63,369 nt of DNA from Pedosphaera sp. Its GTDB lineage: Bacteria; Verrucomicrobiota; Verrucomicrobiia; Limisphaerales; UBA1100. Below are positions 38,971 to 47,349 of this stretch, piece by piece. The notes below the pieces were generated by a model. The model was not told the origin of the DNA and ran no database searches. It was given only the letters and a program-made list of their open reading frames with translations. The number at the start of each line of letters is the position of its first letter. Positions within the stretch are counted from its first letter, which is position 1. The translations under genes and the position numbers were made by a program. The stretch is from assembly GCA_009695465.1 (NCBI GenBank), contig SIAW01000003.1, forward strand, positions 1 through 63,369. Reading direction: 5' to 3'.

Positions 38971-41331
38971 ATGAAGAAGTTCCTTGCCGTCTTTGTGTGG
39001 GTGATCGTGGCGCTGCTGGGCGCGGGAGCCTACGCCACGATCGCATTCAAACGCAGCGAGCCGGTCAATTCAGCTTACCTCCTCATCGCGGCGATCTGCA
39101 CCTACGCCATCGGCTACCGGTTTTATTCCAAGTGGATCGCGGCCCGCGTGCTGGCGTTGGATGACCGCCGCGCCACGCCCTGCGAGGTGCACGAGGACGG
39201 CCGCGATTTTGTGAAGACGAATAAGTGGATCGTCTTTGGCCACCACTTCGCGGCGATCAGCGGGCCGGGCCCACTTGTGGGGCCGGTGCTCGCGGCGCAG
39301 TTTGGTTATCTGCCGGGCGCACTGTGGATTCTCATCGGCGTCGTGCTCGGCGGCGCAGTGCAGGATTTCGTGATCCTCTTTTGCTCCATGCGCCGCGACG
39401 GAAAATCGCTCGGCCAAATGGTGAAGGAAGAACTCAACAGCACTGCCGGCGTGATCGGTGTGATGGCCATCCTTTCGATCATGGTTATTCTGTTGGCCGT
39501 GCTGGCGCTGGTGGTCGTCAACGCGCTGGCGGAAAGTCCGTGGGGCGTGTTCACCGTGGGCGCGACCGTCCCCATCGCGATGTTGATGGGCGGCTACCTG
39601 CGCTGGTGGCGCGTGGGCAAGGTGCTGGAGGTGTCGGTCATCGGCGTAACGCTGCTGTTGCTGGCCGTGTGGGGTGGGCAATTCATCTCCGGCCACGCCA
39701 CGTTGAAAGAGTGGTTCAAGCTGGATGCCCCCACGCTGGCGTGGTCGGTCGTCGGCTACGCCTTCGCGGCGAGCGTGCTGCCGGTGTGGCTGCTGCTGGC
39801 GCCGCGCGATTATCTCAGCACGTTCATGAAGCTCGGCACCATTTTTCTGCTGGCACTGGGTGTGTTGCTGGTGTTGCCGGAAATGAAGATGCCCGCGCTA
39901 ACCCAGTTCGTGGACGGCTCCGGCCCCGTCGTGCCGGGCAAGCTCTTTCCGTTTTGTTTTATCACCATCGCCTGCGGTGCCATCTCAGGATTTCACACGC
40001 TCATCTCCAGTGGCATCACACCCAAAATCATCACACGCGAAGGCTACGCGCGACCCGTGGGATACGGCGCAATGTGCCTGGAATCGTTGGTGGCCATCAT
40101 GGCGCTCATCGCCGCATGCACGCTGGACCCGGGCGTGTATCTGGCCATGAACATCCCAAAGCCACCCGGTGCCGACGAAGCCGCCGCGGCGGCCATCATC
40201 GTCCCCAAAGTGCAGTCCATGGGCTTCGCGTTGCAACCGGAGACGCTTTCCAATCTCGCGCGCCAAGTGCAGGAGGACAATCTTTACGGCCGCACCGGCG
40301 GCGCTGCCACGCTAGCCGTGGGAATGGCCCAGATTTTTTCCCGGGTTGTCGGGGAAAAATGGCTGGCCCTCTGGTACCACTTCGCGTTGATGTTCGAGGC
40401 GCTCTTCATCCTCACCACGCTCGATGCGGGCACGCGCGTGGGCCGCTACTTGTTGCAGGACGTGCTCGGGCACATTTGGAAACCGCTGGGCAACGTCCGC
40501 AACCTCGGTTCCAATTTGCTGGCCAGCGGATTGGTCGTCGGCGCGTGGGGTTATTTTCTGATCGCCGCTGTGCATGATCCCGACGGTGGCATCAAAGCGC
40601 TCTGGCCCATCTTTGGCATCGCCAATCAATTGCTCGCCGCCACGGCACTGTGCCTCGCCACGACCGTGATTTTGAAGATGTCCCTTCAACCCGCCACTCA
40701 ACCCGGTGCGCCGCGCCGTTCCACCGCGTTTGCGTTGGTCACACTGCTGCCGCTTTGCTGGCTGCTGGCGGTGACGGGCACGGCGGCCGTGCAGAAAATC
40801 TGGCACGTAGAAACGCGGCCGAACTATCCGTCCATCGGCTTCCTGCAAATCGCGCGGCAGCTTGAGGAGAAACGCCCCTCGCTGGAACGCACCGCCACCG
40901 AAGCGCAGTCCAGTGGTGATGAGAAAAAGATTACCGCTGCGCAAGCCGCCTTGCGTAGGAACCGCACGCTCACCTTCAACAACCGGCTCGATGCGGGTGT
41001 CACCGCATTTTTTCTCACACTGGTCGCCGCCATTTTTCTGTTGAGCCTGCGCGAGTGGATTCTCCTGCTCGCTCGCAAGAAGCTCGCCGAGTTGCATGAG
41101 ACACCGCCGACGTGGCTGCCCGAGCATGCGGTGGCCGAAGGCAAGCCGGTGCGGTGGTTCAATGTGGCAGGACTGCTGTTTCTGCTCGCCAAAGAATTGT
41201 CCGGCGAGGCGGAGATGGAACGCACAAAGCCTATCTCGACTTGCGACGCCGCGCCCACGCCTGCCGAAGAGAAAGAGCGTTTTGCGAAGCTGACCGAAGA
41301 ACGCTATCGCGGCATCCGGCGCTGCTGCTAG
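38971..41331 (+). CDS. cstA: carbon starvation protein CstA (pyruvate/peptide transporter family) with extended C-terminal tail
   Basis: 786 aa with GYRFYSKWIA...LDDRRATP...TNKWIVFGHHFAAISGPGPLVGPVLAAQFGYLPG, near-identical to the CstA signature. The tail ends ...RYRGIRRCC. Confidence 0.9.
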   Translation: MKKFLAVFVWVIVALLGAGAYATIAFKRSEPVNSAYLLIAAICTYAIGYRFYSKWIAARVLALDDRRATPCEVHEDGRDFVKTNKWIVFGHHFAAISGPGPLVGPVLAAQFGYLPGALWILIGVVLGGAVQDFVILFCSMRRDGKSLGQMVKEELNSTAGVIGVMAILSIMVILLAVLALVVVNALAESPWGVFTVGATVPIAMLMGGYLRWWRVGKVLEVSVIGVTLLLLAVWGGQFISGHATLKEWFKLDAPTLAWSVVGYAFAASVLPVWLLLAPRDYLSTFMKLGTIFLLALGVLLVLPEMKMPALTQFVDGSGPVVPGKLFPFCFITIACGAISGFHTLISSGITPKIITREGYARPVGYGAMCLESLVAIMALIAACTLDPGVYLAMNIPKPPGADEAAAAAIIVPKVQSMGFALQPETLSNLARQVQEDNLYGRTGGAATLAVGMAQIFSRVVGEKWLALWYHFALMFEALFILTTLDAGTRVGRYLLQDVLGHIWKPLGNVRNLGSNLLASGLVVGAWGYFLIAAVHDPDGGIKALWPIFGIANQLLAATALCLATTVILKMSLQPATQPGAPRRSTAFALVTLLPLCWLLAVTGTAAVQKIWHVETRPNYPSIGFLQIARQLEEKRPSLERTATEAQSSGDEKKITAAQAALRRNRTLTFNNRLDAGVTAFFLTLVAAIFLLSLREWILLLARKKLAELHETPPTWLPEHAVAEGKPVRWFNVAGLLFLLAKELSGEAEMERTKPISTCDAAPTPAEEKERFAKLTEERYRGIRRCC

Positions 41332-41341
41332 TGCTGCGCCG

Positions 41342-41821
41342 TCATGGCGAGACTGCCAGCTTTTGGTCAGTCGGCGCAGTCCCCATTATCACGCCCAGTT
41401 CCTTGTACGGCTTGAGCATGAAATGGGTGCCTGTCGAAATCACGCCGGGCATCGTCGCCAGTTTCTCCGTCACGAAGCTGGCCACCGTCCGCAGATTGTT
41501 GCCCTCCACCACCACCAATAAATCATAGCCCCCGCTCATCAGATAGCAGGACTGCACTTCGTCGAAGCGGGCGATGCGCTCGGCCACGCGATCAAATCCG
41601 CCGTCGCGTTCAGGCGTGACTTTCACCTCGATCACAGCGCGCACCACATCAATGTCCAGCGCCTCCTCGTTGATGACCGTGCGGTAGCCGAGGATGATGT
41701 TGTTCTTTTCGTATGTCGCAATCCGCTCGGTCACCTGCCCCTCGGACAAATTCAGCAGCGCGGCGATCTGCGAAGGTTTCAGCGAAGCGTTCTGGCGAAG
41801 CAGCCGGAGCAATTCATCCAT
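41342..41821 (-). CDS. Lrp/AsnC-family transcriptional regulator
   Basis: 159 aa with an N-terminal HTH (LLRQNASLKPSQIAALLNLSEGQV) and a C-terminal RAM/AsnC_trans_reg domain. Confidence 0.87.
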   Translation of the reverse strand: MDELLRLLRQNASLKPSQIAALLNLSEGQVTERIATYEKNNIILGYRTVINEEALDIDVVRAVIEVKVTPERDGGFDRVAERIARFDEVQSCYLMSGGYDLLVVVEGNNLRTVASFVTEKLATMPGVISTGTHFMLKPYKELGVIMGTAPTDQKLAVSP

Positions 41822-41848
41822 GCGCGCGAGGGTATCGGCGGCGCAGGG

Positions 41849-42727
41849 CTAAAGCAAGGCGGTGCACGACCAACCGGCTGGGCCGAAGCGCTGGCGATAT
41901 TGCAGATCCAACGACTGCGCCGCACCGATGTTGGGCGCGAGTGCAAACAGAGTGGATCCGCTGCCGCTCATCAACGCAGCGACTGCGCCATTGGCCAAAA
42001 AGAAATCTTTGATGAGTGGCAGCAGCGGATATTTCACAAACGCGGGCGCCTCCAGCGAGTTGTACAGGAGCGGCGCAACCGCACTGAGCGTTCCTGTTTG
42101 CAAGACGTCAGCGAGTGCCGCGGCACGGCCTGGCTGGCCATTGAGCGCATTGGGATGCTTTGCCAATTGCTGATACGCCCACGGTGTGCTGACGCCAAAG
42201 CCCGGATGAACGAGCAGCAGTCCCGCATTTTTGAGCGCGGGAAATGGAGGCAACGGCTGCACCAACTCGCCGCGACCGGTCGCCAGCGCGGGATTGTCCT
42301 GCAAGAAAAACGGCACATCGGATCCCAATCGCGCCGCCAACTCTTGAAGCTTTTCGGCGGCGAGCGGCTTGCCAAAGAGTTCGTTCAATCCGCGCAGTGT
42401 GATGGCGGCATTGGCACTGCCACCGCCCAGCCCTGCGGCCAGCGGCAGGTGTTTGACCAAATGAATTTGCACGCCATGCGCCGCACCGGGATGAGCAGCG
42501 AAGAATGCGCTCGCTGCGCGATGGACAAGATTGCGGGAATCCACGGGCAACTCTGGATTGCTGCAGGTGAGTTGCACGCCTGCTGGCGTGGTTTGGAAAT
42601 GCAACTCGTCGCAGATGGGCACGGGTTGGAAAATGGTTTCCAACTCGTGAAATCCGTCGGTGCGCCGGCCGAGGATGTTCAGAATCAGATTGATCTTGCA
42701 GGGGGAAGCGAGGCGCAGCGAGGACAT
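41849..42727 (-). CDS. ispE: 4-(cytidine 5'-diphospho)-2-C-methyl-D-erythritol kinase
   Basis: 292 aa with PCKINLILNILGRRTDGFHEL and the GHMP kinase motif LPLAAGLGGGSANAA. Confidence 0.92.
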   Translation of the reverse strand: MSSLRLASPCKINLILNILGRRTDGFHELETIFQPVPICDELHFQTTPAGVQLTCSNPELPVDSRNLVHRAASAFFAAHPGAAHGVQIHLVKHLPLAAGLGGGSANAAITLRGLNELFGKPLAAEKLQELAARLGSDVPFFLQDNPALATGRGELVQPLPPFPALKNAGLLLVHPGFGVSTPWAYQQLAKHPNALNGQPGRAAALADVLQTGTLSAVAPLLYNSLEAPAFVKYPLLPLIKDFFLANGAVAALMSGSGSTLFALAPNIGAAQSLDLQYRQRFGPAGWSCTALL

Positions 42728-42754
42728 GTGCGTGCTCCGAGTTTCCCCCTCGGC

Positions 42755-44269
42755 CTAATCAGCCGCAGGTTGCTGGGCTTTCAACTTTTCAGCGGCACGA
42801 TGCCAGCGCCACGCGATGAACACGCTCAGCTCATACAGGATCTGCATGGGCACAGCTACGACGCACATCGTGAATGGATCGGGCGACGGGGTGGCAATCG
42901 CGGCGATGATGAGGTTGGCGATCACCGCGTACATGCGCCACTCGGAGAGGCGACGGTAATTGAGGATGCCGATCTTGACGAGCGTCAGCAGCACCAGCGG
43001 TAGCTCAAAGGCGAGGCCCATGCCAATCATGAATTTGCAGATGAAGCTGATGTACTCCTCCGCACGCCATTCGTCGGCACGGAAACCCAACCAGTCGGAG
43101 AAGCCCACCGAGACGAGGATGGTGAGTGTCATCACGACGAAGTAACAGAAGAGCACGCCCAGTATGAAGAGCGCCGTTCCGTAGCCGGCGACACGATAGA
43201 GAAAATCTTTTTCGCGGACGCGCAATGCGGGCAAGATGAACTGGGCGAGAAAGAAGATCACGAACGGCATGGAAAGGACAAGGCCACCGTAGAGGGCGAT
43301 CTTGAGCGCCACCATGAAGGCATTGAGCGGTCCATAGTTTTTCAGAATCACCAGATTCCGTGGAACGTGCTCTGCGGTCTCCACTAGTTTCAACGCCAGA
43401 AAACGGTTGGTGCTGCCGTTGCCGTCGGGGACGGTGATGGGTGTAAATACGAGGGCATCCACCTTGTTGGTGACACCAAATGAGAGCCAGGCATCCTGCG
43501 CTTTAATCGTGAACACCTCGTTCGTGCCGAACATTACTGGAACCGTTCGGTTGGTCATCTGCCGCCAGTCCTCCGTGGTGTTACTCGATTTGAAAACTCG
43601 CTTGACGATGTCCGAGGCGGTCCCACCTACCTCATGAAAATCCTCAGCCAACTTTAGCGGCCACGTGAGAATCTGGATGATGTAGTTGGAGGCCACCAGG
43701 GCAATGACCATCCCGATGACAACGGCCGAGACGGTTTTGATGAGCACCCAGCGAAGGTCTTCGAGGTGCTCCAGAAATGGTTTGATGGGGCCACCAAAGA
43801 TATCGCTCGAATCAGATGTTCCACTGTCCCCGCCACCGACCGAACCGGAAGTCTCTGTCGAACTACTCTCACCCCCATGATGGTATTGGGATTCACCCGA
43901 TGCGGTGCTGTGATGAGATTCGTCGTGGTAGTAGTCACCATGCGCATGATGATACTCGTCATGATAAGGATCATTCGAGTGCGCGGGGACATCCGTGGAA
44001 TGTGCGTGATCCGCATCGCCCGTTCCGTGATCGGCCTCGTGAACGGCATCAGTCGCAGCCTGCGTGGCGGAAGATTCGGAGGGCACCTCGCTCACAGGCG
44101 ACGAGACTTGTGCGGGTGTCGAGGAAGCGGAGTCACCCAACGGAAGTTCAGGCTGCTGCGATTGAGTTGCCGGAATCTCGCTGGGCAACGGAGAATGCGT
44201 CCCCGTTTCTAACGTGGAACCGAGCTCTGCGTCAGCAGAGTTTTGCTTACCTTCAGGCTCTGAAGCCAT
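42755..44269 (-). CDS. tatC: twin-arginine translocase subunit TatC with N-terminal extension and loop insertion
   Basis: 504 aa. The TatC core begins at PFLEHLEDLRWVLIKT (about aa 163) and continues with GPLNAFMVALKIALYGGLVLSMPFVIFFLAQFILPAL and six TM helices. Confidence 0.87.
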   Translation of the reverse strand: MASEPEGKQNSADAELGSTLETGTHSPLPSEIPATQSQQPELPLGDSASSTPAQVSSPVSEVPSESSATQAATDAVHEADHGTGDADHAHSTDVPAHSNDPYHDEYHHAHGDYYHDESHHSTASGESQYHHGGESSSTETSGSVGGGDSGTSDSSDIFGGPIKPFLEHLEDLRWVLIKTVSAVVIGMVIALVASNYIIQILTWPLKLAEDFHEVGGTASDIVKRVFKSSNTTEDWRQMTNRTVPVMFGTNEVFTIKAQDAWLSFGVTNKVDALVFTPITVPDGNGSTNRFLALKLVETAEHVPRNLVILKNYGPLNAFMVALKIALYGGLVLSMPFVIFFLAQFILPALRVREKDFLYRVAGYGTALFILGVLFCYFVVMTLTILVSVGFSDWLGFRADEWRAEEYISFICKFMIGMGLAFELPLVLLTLVKIGILNYRRLSEWRMYAVIANLIIAAIATPSPDPFTMCVVAVPMQILYELSVFIAWRWHRAAEKLKAQQPAAD

Positions 44270-44291
44270 TGGTTAAGGCGGGACTGAAAAC

Positions 44292-44582
44292 CTACGCCTT
44301 TGAGGCGGGAGTGGTGCCCGTGTCAGCAGGCTTTGCAGCCTCTTTGCCCGCTTCAACTGTGGCAGAAGCCGTGGTCTGCGCATCGATGCGTGGCTGGGGC
44401 GGTGTGTAGGGACGATGAATTTCATCGCCAAAATCGCTGGACGCCTTCTTGAATTCACGGATGCCTTTGCCCAAACCTGCGGCCAGCTCCGGCAGCTTCT
44501 TCGCACCGAAGAAAATCAGGATGGCGACCATGATAATGACCGCCTCCCACATACCGATGAACGCCAACGTCGTGTTTTCCAT
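44292..44582 (-). CDS. tatA: twin-arginine translocase subunit TatA/E
   Basis: 96 aa with [39 protein letters not shown], the canonical TatA TM plus amphipathic helix. Confidence 0.88.
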   Translation of the reverse strand: MENTTLAFIGMWEAVIIMVAILIFFGAKKLPELAAGLGKGIREFKKASSDFGDEIHRPYTPPQPRIDAQTTASATVEAGKEAAKPADTGTTPASKA

Positions 44583-44690
44583 AGAACTTAGACCCAGCAG
44601 TTCAGCTAACTTATTCAGCGGGTACTGAGCCTGCCAAAATCGCTACTCTGCCGAGGGGAGCAGCCTACGGCTTTGGAGTTTGGAGTAAAG

Positions 44691-44716
44691 AAAAAAAGGA
44701 GCCGCACTGGCCCCTC
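44691..44716 (-). terminator. probable rho-independent terminator after the tol-pal cluster
   Basis: Minus strand reads AGGGGCC-AGTGC-GGCTCCT followed by TTTTTTT: a 7-bp stem with one G-U pair. It lies 32 nt after the pal-like stop. Confidence 0.55.
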
Positions 44717-44747
44717 TTGAAATCACTCCGATAAATCCTGCCAGCGA

Positions 44748-45410
44748 CTATTGCTTGGGCAGCATCAACACGAATTCGCCGCGCCGATTCTTGGCCCGCG
44801 CCGATTCGCTGTTGCCTTCGATCAGCGGAATCTCCTCGCCGAAACTCAGCGTGCGAACGCGATCCGAGCTGATGCCGTACTTGACGAGCTGGTCACGGAT
44901 AGCCTGCGCCCGGCGTTCGCCCAGCGACAGATTATACTGCTCGGTGCCGCGTTCGTCGCAGTGCCCTTCCAGCACCATCAAGTGCTTGGTCTGTTGCGTG
45001 AGATGACGCGCCACAATCTCAATCTTTGGCAGGTCGCCCGGCGGGATGATTGCGCTGTCGTAATCAAAATGCACCATCTGCGCCAAGAACGCCTGACGGT
45101 CCGGTGTGTTGTTCTCAAAGTTCGACGGAAAATCCGCGTTCATCGGATCACGATTGGTGCCCGTCACTCCCGGTCCACCTGGCAACGGATTGGGCGTCCC
45201 AGTCGTACCGCCCAAATTGGGCACGGTGCCGCCCGGAGGTGGCGTGGTGGGAATCCCCGGACCTGCCGGTATGGCAGTCGCCGGGTTCTGCACTATGGTG
45301 CGCACCCCGGGAATCATGGTCAGTTTATCTGGCCGCTGCGATTTGCACGCAGTGCCACACAACGCCGTCACCGCCACCATCGCGAATATTCCAGCTTTCA
45401 TTTTCTTCAT
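44748..45410 (-). CDS. pal: OmpA-family peptidoglycan-associated lipoprotein (Pal-like), copy 2
   Basis: From ATG 45410 the protein reads MKKMKAGIFAMVAVTALCGTAC, followed by a Gly/Pro-rich linker and an OmpA_C domain (VHFDYDSAII...LEGHCDERGTEQYNLSLGERRA). The GTG at 45434 in the track overlaps the upstream stop. Confidence 0.8.
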   Translation of the reverse strand: MKKMKAGIFAMVAVTALCGTACKSQRPDKLTMIPGVRTIVQNPATAIPAGPGIPTTPPPGGTVPNLGGTTGTPNPLPGGPGVTGTNRDPMNADFPSNFENNTPDRQAFLAQMVHFDYDSAIIPPGDLPKIEIVARHLTQQTKHLMVLEGHCDERGTEQYNLSLGERRAQAIRDQLVKYGISSDRVRTLSFGEEIPLIEGNSESARAKNRRGEFVLMLPKQ

Positions 45411-45430
45411 GTTGTTGTTCCCCCTTGATA

Positions 45431-46093
45431 TCACGGAGCCGCAGGAATGGGCCCCGGTTTGACTACCACAAATTGTCCGCGCCGATTCTGTGAACGCTCC
45501 GCATCCACCACGCCGGTTGCCGCCGGCACTTCCTCGCCGTAGCTGACAGTCTTGATGCGATCAGTGTTGATTCCAAGTTGCACCAAGCGATCACGGATGG
45601 CCAATGCGCGCTTTTCGCCTAGCGACATGTTGTACTGCTCGGTACCGCGATCATCACAGTGGCCTTCGATCAAGAGCAGGTGCGTCGGCTGCTTCGCCAA
45701 GTACTGCGCCACCGCATCCACCTTTGCGGTCTCATTGGGGCGGACACTGGCGCTGTCATAATCGAACAGAACCGTCTGCGGCGACAGCGACGCGCGATCC
45801 ACAATCGGGTTGCGATAGTCCACCACCGGATCACCGCCCGTGTTGCCACCATCGCCTCCTTTGCCGCCGGGACGATTGGTCGTGTTGACATTATTCCCAT
45901 CGGGGAGCGTGTTGCCGCCACCGGGACCTTTGTTGTCCGTGCCACCGCCGGGTGGGATGGTGCCGCCTCCTCCAGTCACAACCGTTTTGCCTTTGGGAAT
46001 CTGGGTCAAATCCACCGGCCCGGATGTTTTGCACCCAGCGATGAAAACGGTGCTGACCAGTGTCAGTGTTAGAAAATGCATGTGTCCACTCAT
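45431..46093 (-). CDS. pal: OmpA-family peptidoglycan-associated lipoprotein (Pal-like), copy 1
   Basis: ATG 46093 is preceded by AAGGAGG. The protein starts MSGHMHFLTLTLVSTVFIAGC (lipobox IAGC) and has a Gly-rich linker and an OmpA_C domain (VLFDYDSASV...IEGHCDDRGTEQYNMSLGEKRA). Confidence 0.82.
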   Translation of the reverse strand: MSGHMHFLTLTLVSTVFIAGCKTSGPVDLTQIPKGKTVVTGGGGTIPPGGGTDNKGPGGGNTLPDGNNVNTTNRPGGKGGDGGNTGGDPVVDYRNPIVDRASLSPQTVLFDYDSASVRPNETAKVDAVAQYLAKQPTHLLLIEGHCDDRGTEQYNMSLGEKRALAIRDRLVQLGINTDRIKTVSYGEEVPAATGVVDAERSQNRRGQFVVVKPGPIPAAP

Positions 46094-46125
46094 TGTTTCC
46101 TCCTTTACTCCTTGCTGAACTGTCT

Positions 46126-47334
46126 TTAGCGGGCCCACTCGGCCTGCGATGCGCTGCCCGCGAAAGACGGCAGCAATCTAACTTGCTTGGAGGGCACGTC
46201 AAGCAACCCTAGCCCTCTCTTATTCACACCCCGCAAAGAAAATAGGATCGTGCGGCTGTTGGGCGCCCACGACGGATCCTCTCCGCGCGCCAGCACCTTG
46301 GCCTCACCGCCTTCAGCCGGCACCACGCAAATGTTAAAATCTCCCATCTGCGTCGTGAAGGCGATCCACTTGCCATCCGGCGACCACGACGGCTCCGAAG
46401 GCGACAGCACGCCCGTCGTGGAGATCTGCATCATCGGCCCGCCGCGGGAGGAAGCTTTCACCAGCACACGACGCTTGTTGATGGTGGTCGCAAAGCAAAG
46501 CCACTGACCATCGGGCGACCAAGTGGGGCTGGACTCGCCTTCCAGCGTGTTGGTGATGCGCAGCAAGTTGCCATCGCCTTTGTCATTCATGAAATCCCAA
46601 CCCGCACCCGCGACATAGATGTCCGGACTGCCGCCTTTGCTAAGCACAAACGCCACACGCCCGTCGCCCCCCACCGCAGCGCCCGTGTTTAATCCCATGA
46701 ACCGCGCGAACACGCGGCGACTGCCATTGGCCAGGTTGTGCTCCAAGATCGTCGGGTTCTCCAAACCATTCACGACCTGATAGGAGGTGTAATAAACCTT
46801 CTGGTTGCGTGTTCCCCACGTGGGCGCGCCTGCCAACCGCCCGTCTGTGGTCAGCGCCATGGGACTGTGCCCGTCAAAATCTGCGACATAGATTTCCCGC
46901 GAGCGTTCGCCTGTCACCATGCGATAGATGACCCGGGTGCGCGCCACGCCGGGCACGCCCTGCACCGCCTGCACCACATCGTCGGAAAGCGTGTGCGCCT
47001 GCAGCCGCTTTGCACCGCCCTCGTAAGATTTGTTGAAGAGATACGCCTTGGCCGCATCTTGCAGCGCGCCGTTGACATTGCCGGCGTTGTCGCCAGTCAA
47101 GATGAACCGCGCATCCTTGTCCGCCACAATTTTGAACCCCTGCACTTCCAAGTCGAAGCGCAACACGGCCGCCACCTCGCCGGTAAAACCCTTGATGGCG
47201 ATCGGCACCAGCTTCTCGTCATCCACCGCACCAATCACTGTCAGCGGCTGACTATCGGCACCAAACAGATTTCCAAAACACAGGATGGCTGCGACGCAAA
47301 CACCCAGCCTCATTGATACAACCAATTTTCTCAT
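46126..47334 (-). CDS. tolB: Tol-Pal system beta-propeller protein TolB
   Basis: 402 aa with a signal peptide, a TolB N-domain-like region, then repeated P.WSPDG/propeller blades (SPTWSPDGQWLCF, EPSWSPDGKWIAF, DPSWAPN). Confidence 0.85.
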   Translation of the reverse strand: MRKLVVSMRLGVCVAAILCFGNLFGADSQPLTVIGAVDDEKLVPIAIKGFTGEVAAVLRFDLEVQGFKIVADKDARFILTGDNAGNVNGALQDAAKAYLFNKSYEGGAKRLQAHTLSDDVVQAVQGVPGVARTRVIYRMVTGERSREIYVADFDGHSPMALTTDGRLAGAPTWGTRNQKVYYTSYQVVNGLENPTILEHNLANGSRRVFARFMGLNTGAAVGGDGRVAFVLSKGGSPDIYVAGAGWDFMNDKGDGNLLRITNTLEGESSPTWSPDGQWLCFATTINKRRVLVKASSRGGPMMQISTTGVLSPSEPSWSPDGKWIAFTTQMGDFNICVVPAEGGEAKVLARGEDPSWAPNSRTILFSLRGVNKRGLGLLDVPSKQVRLLPSFAGSASQAEWAR

Positions 47335-47349
47335 TGTCCCCTCACTCGG

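Noticed and set aside
44583-44690. Possible small RNA or tRNA in the 165-nt pal-tatA spacer
   Set aside because: I could find no cloverleaf and no convincing conserved structure beyond the pal terminator. It is most simply the tatA promoter and 5' UTR.
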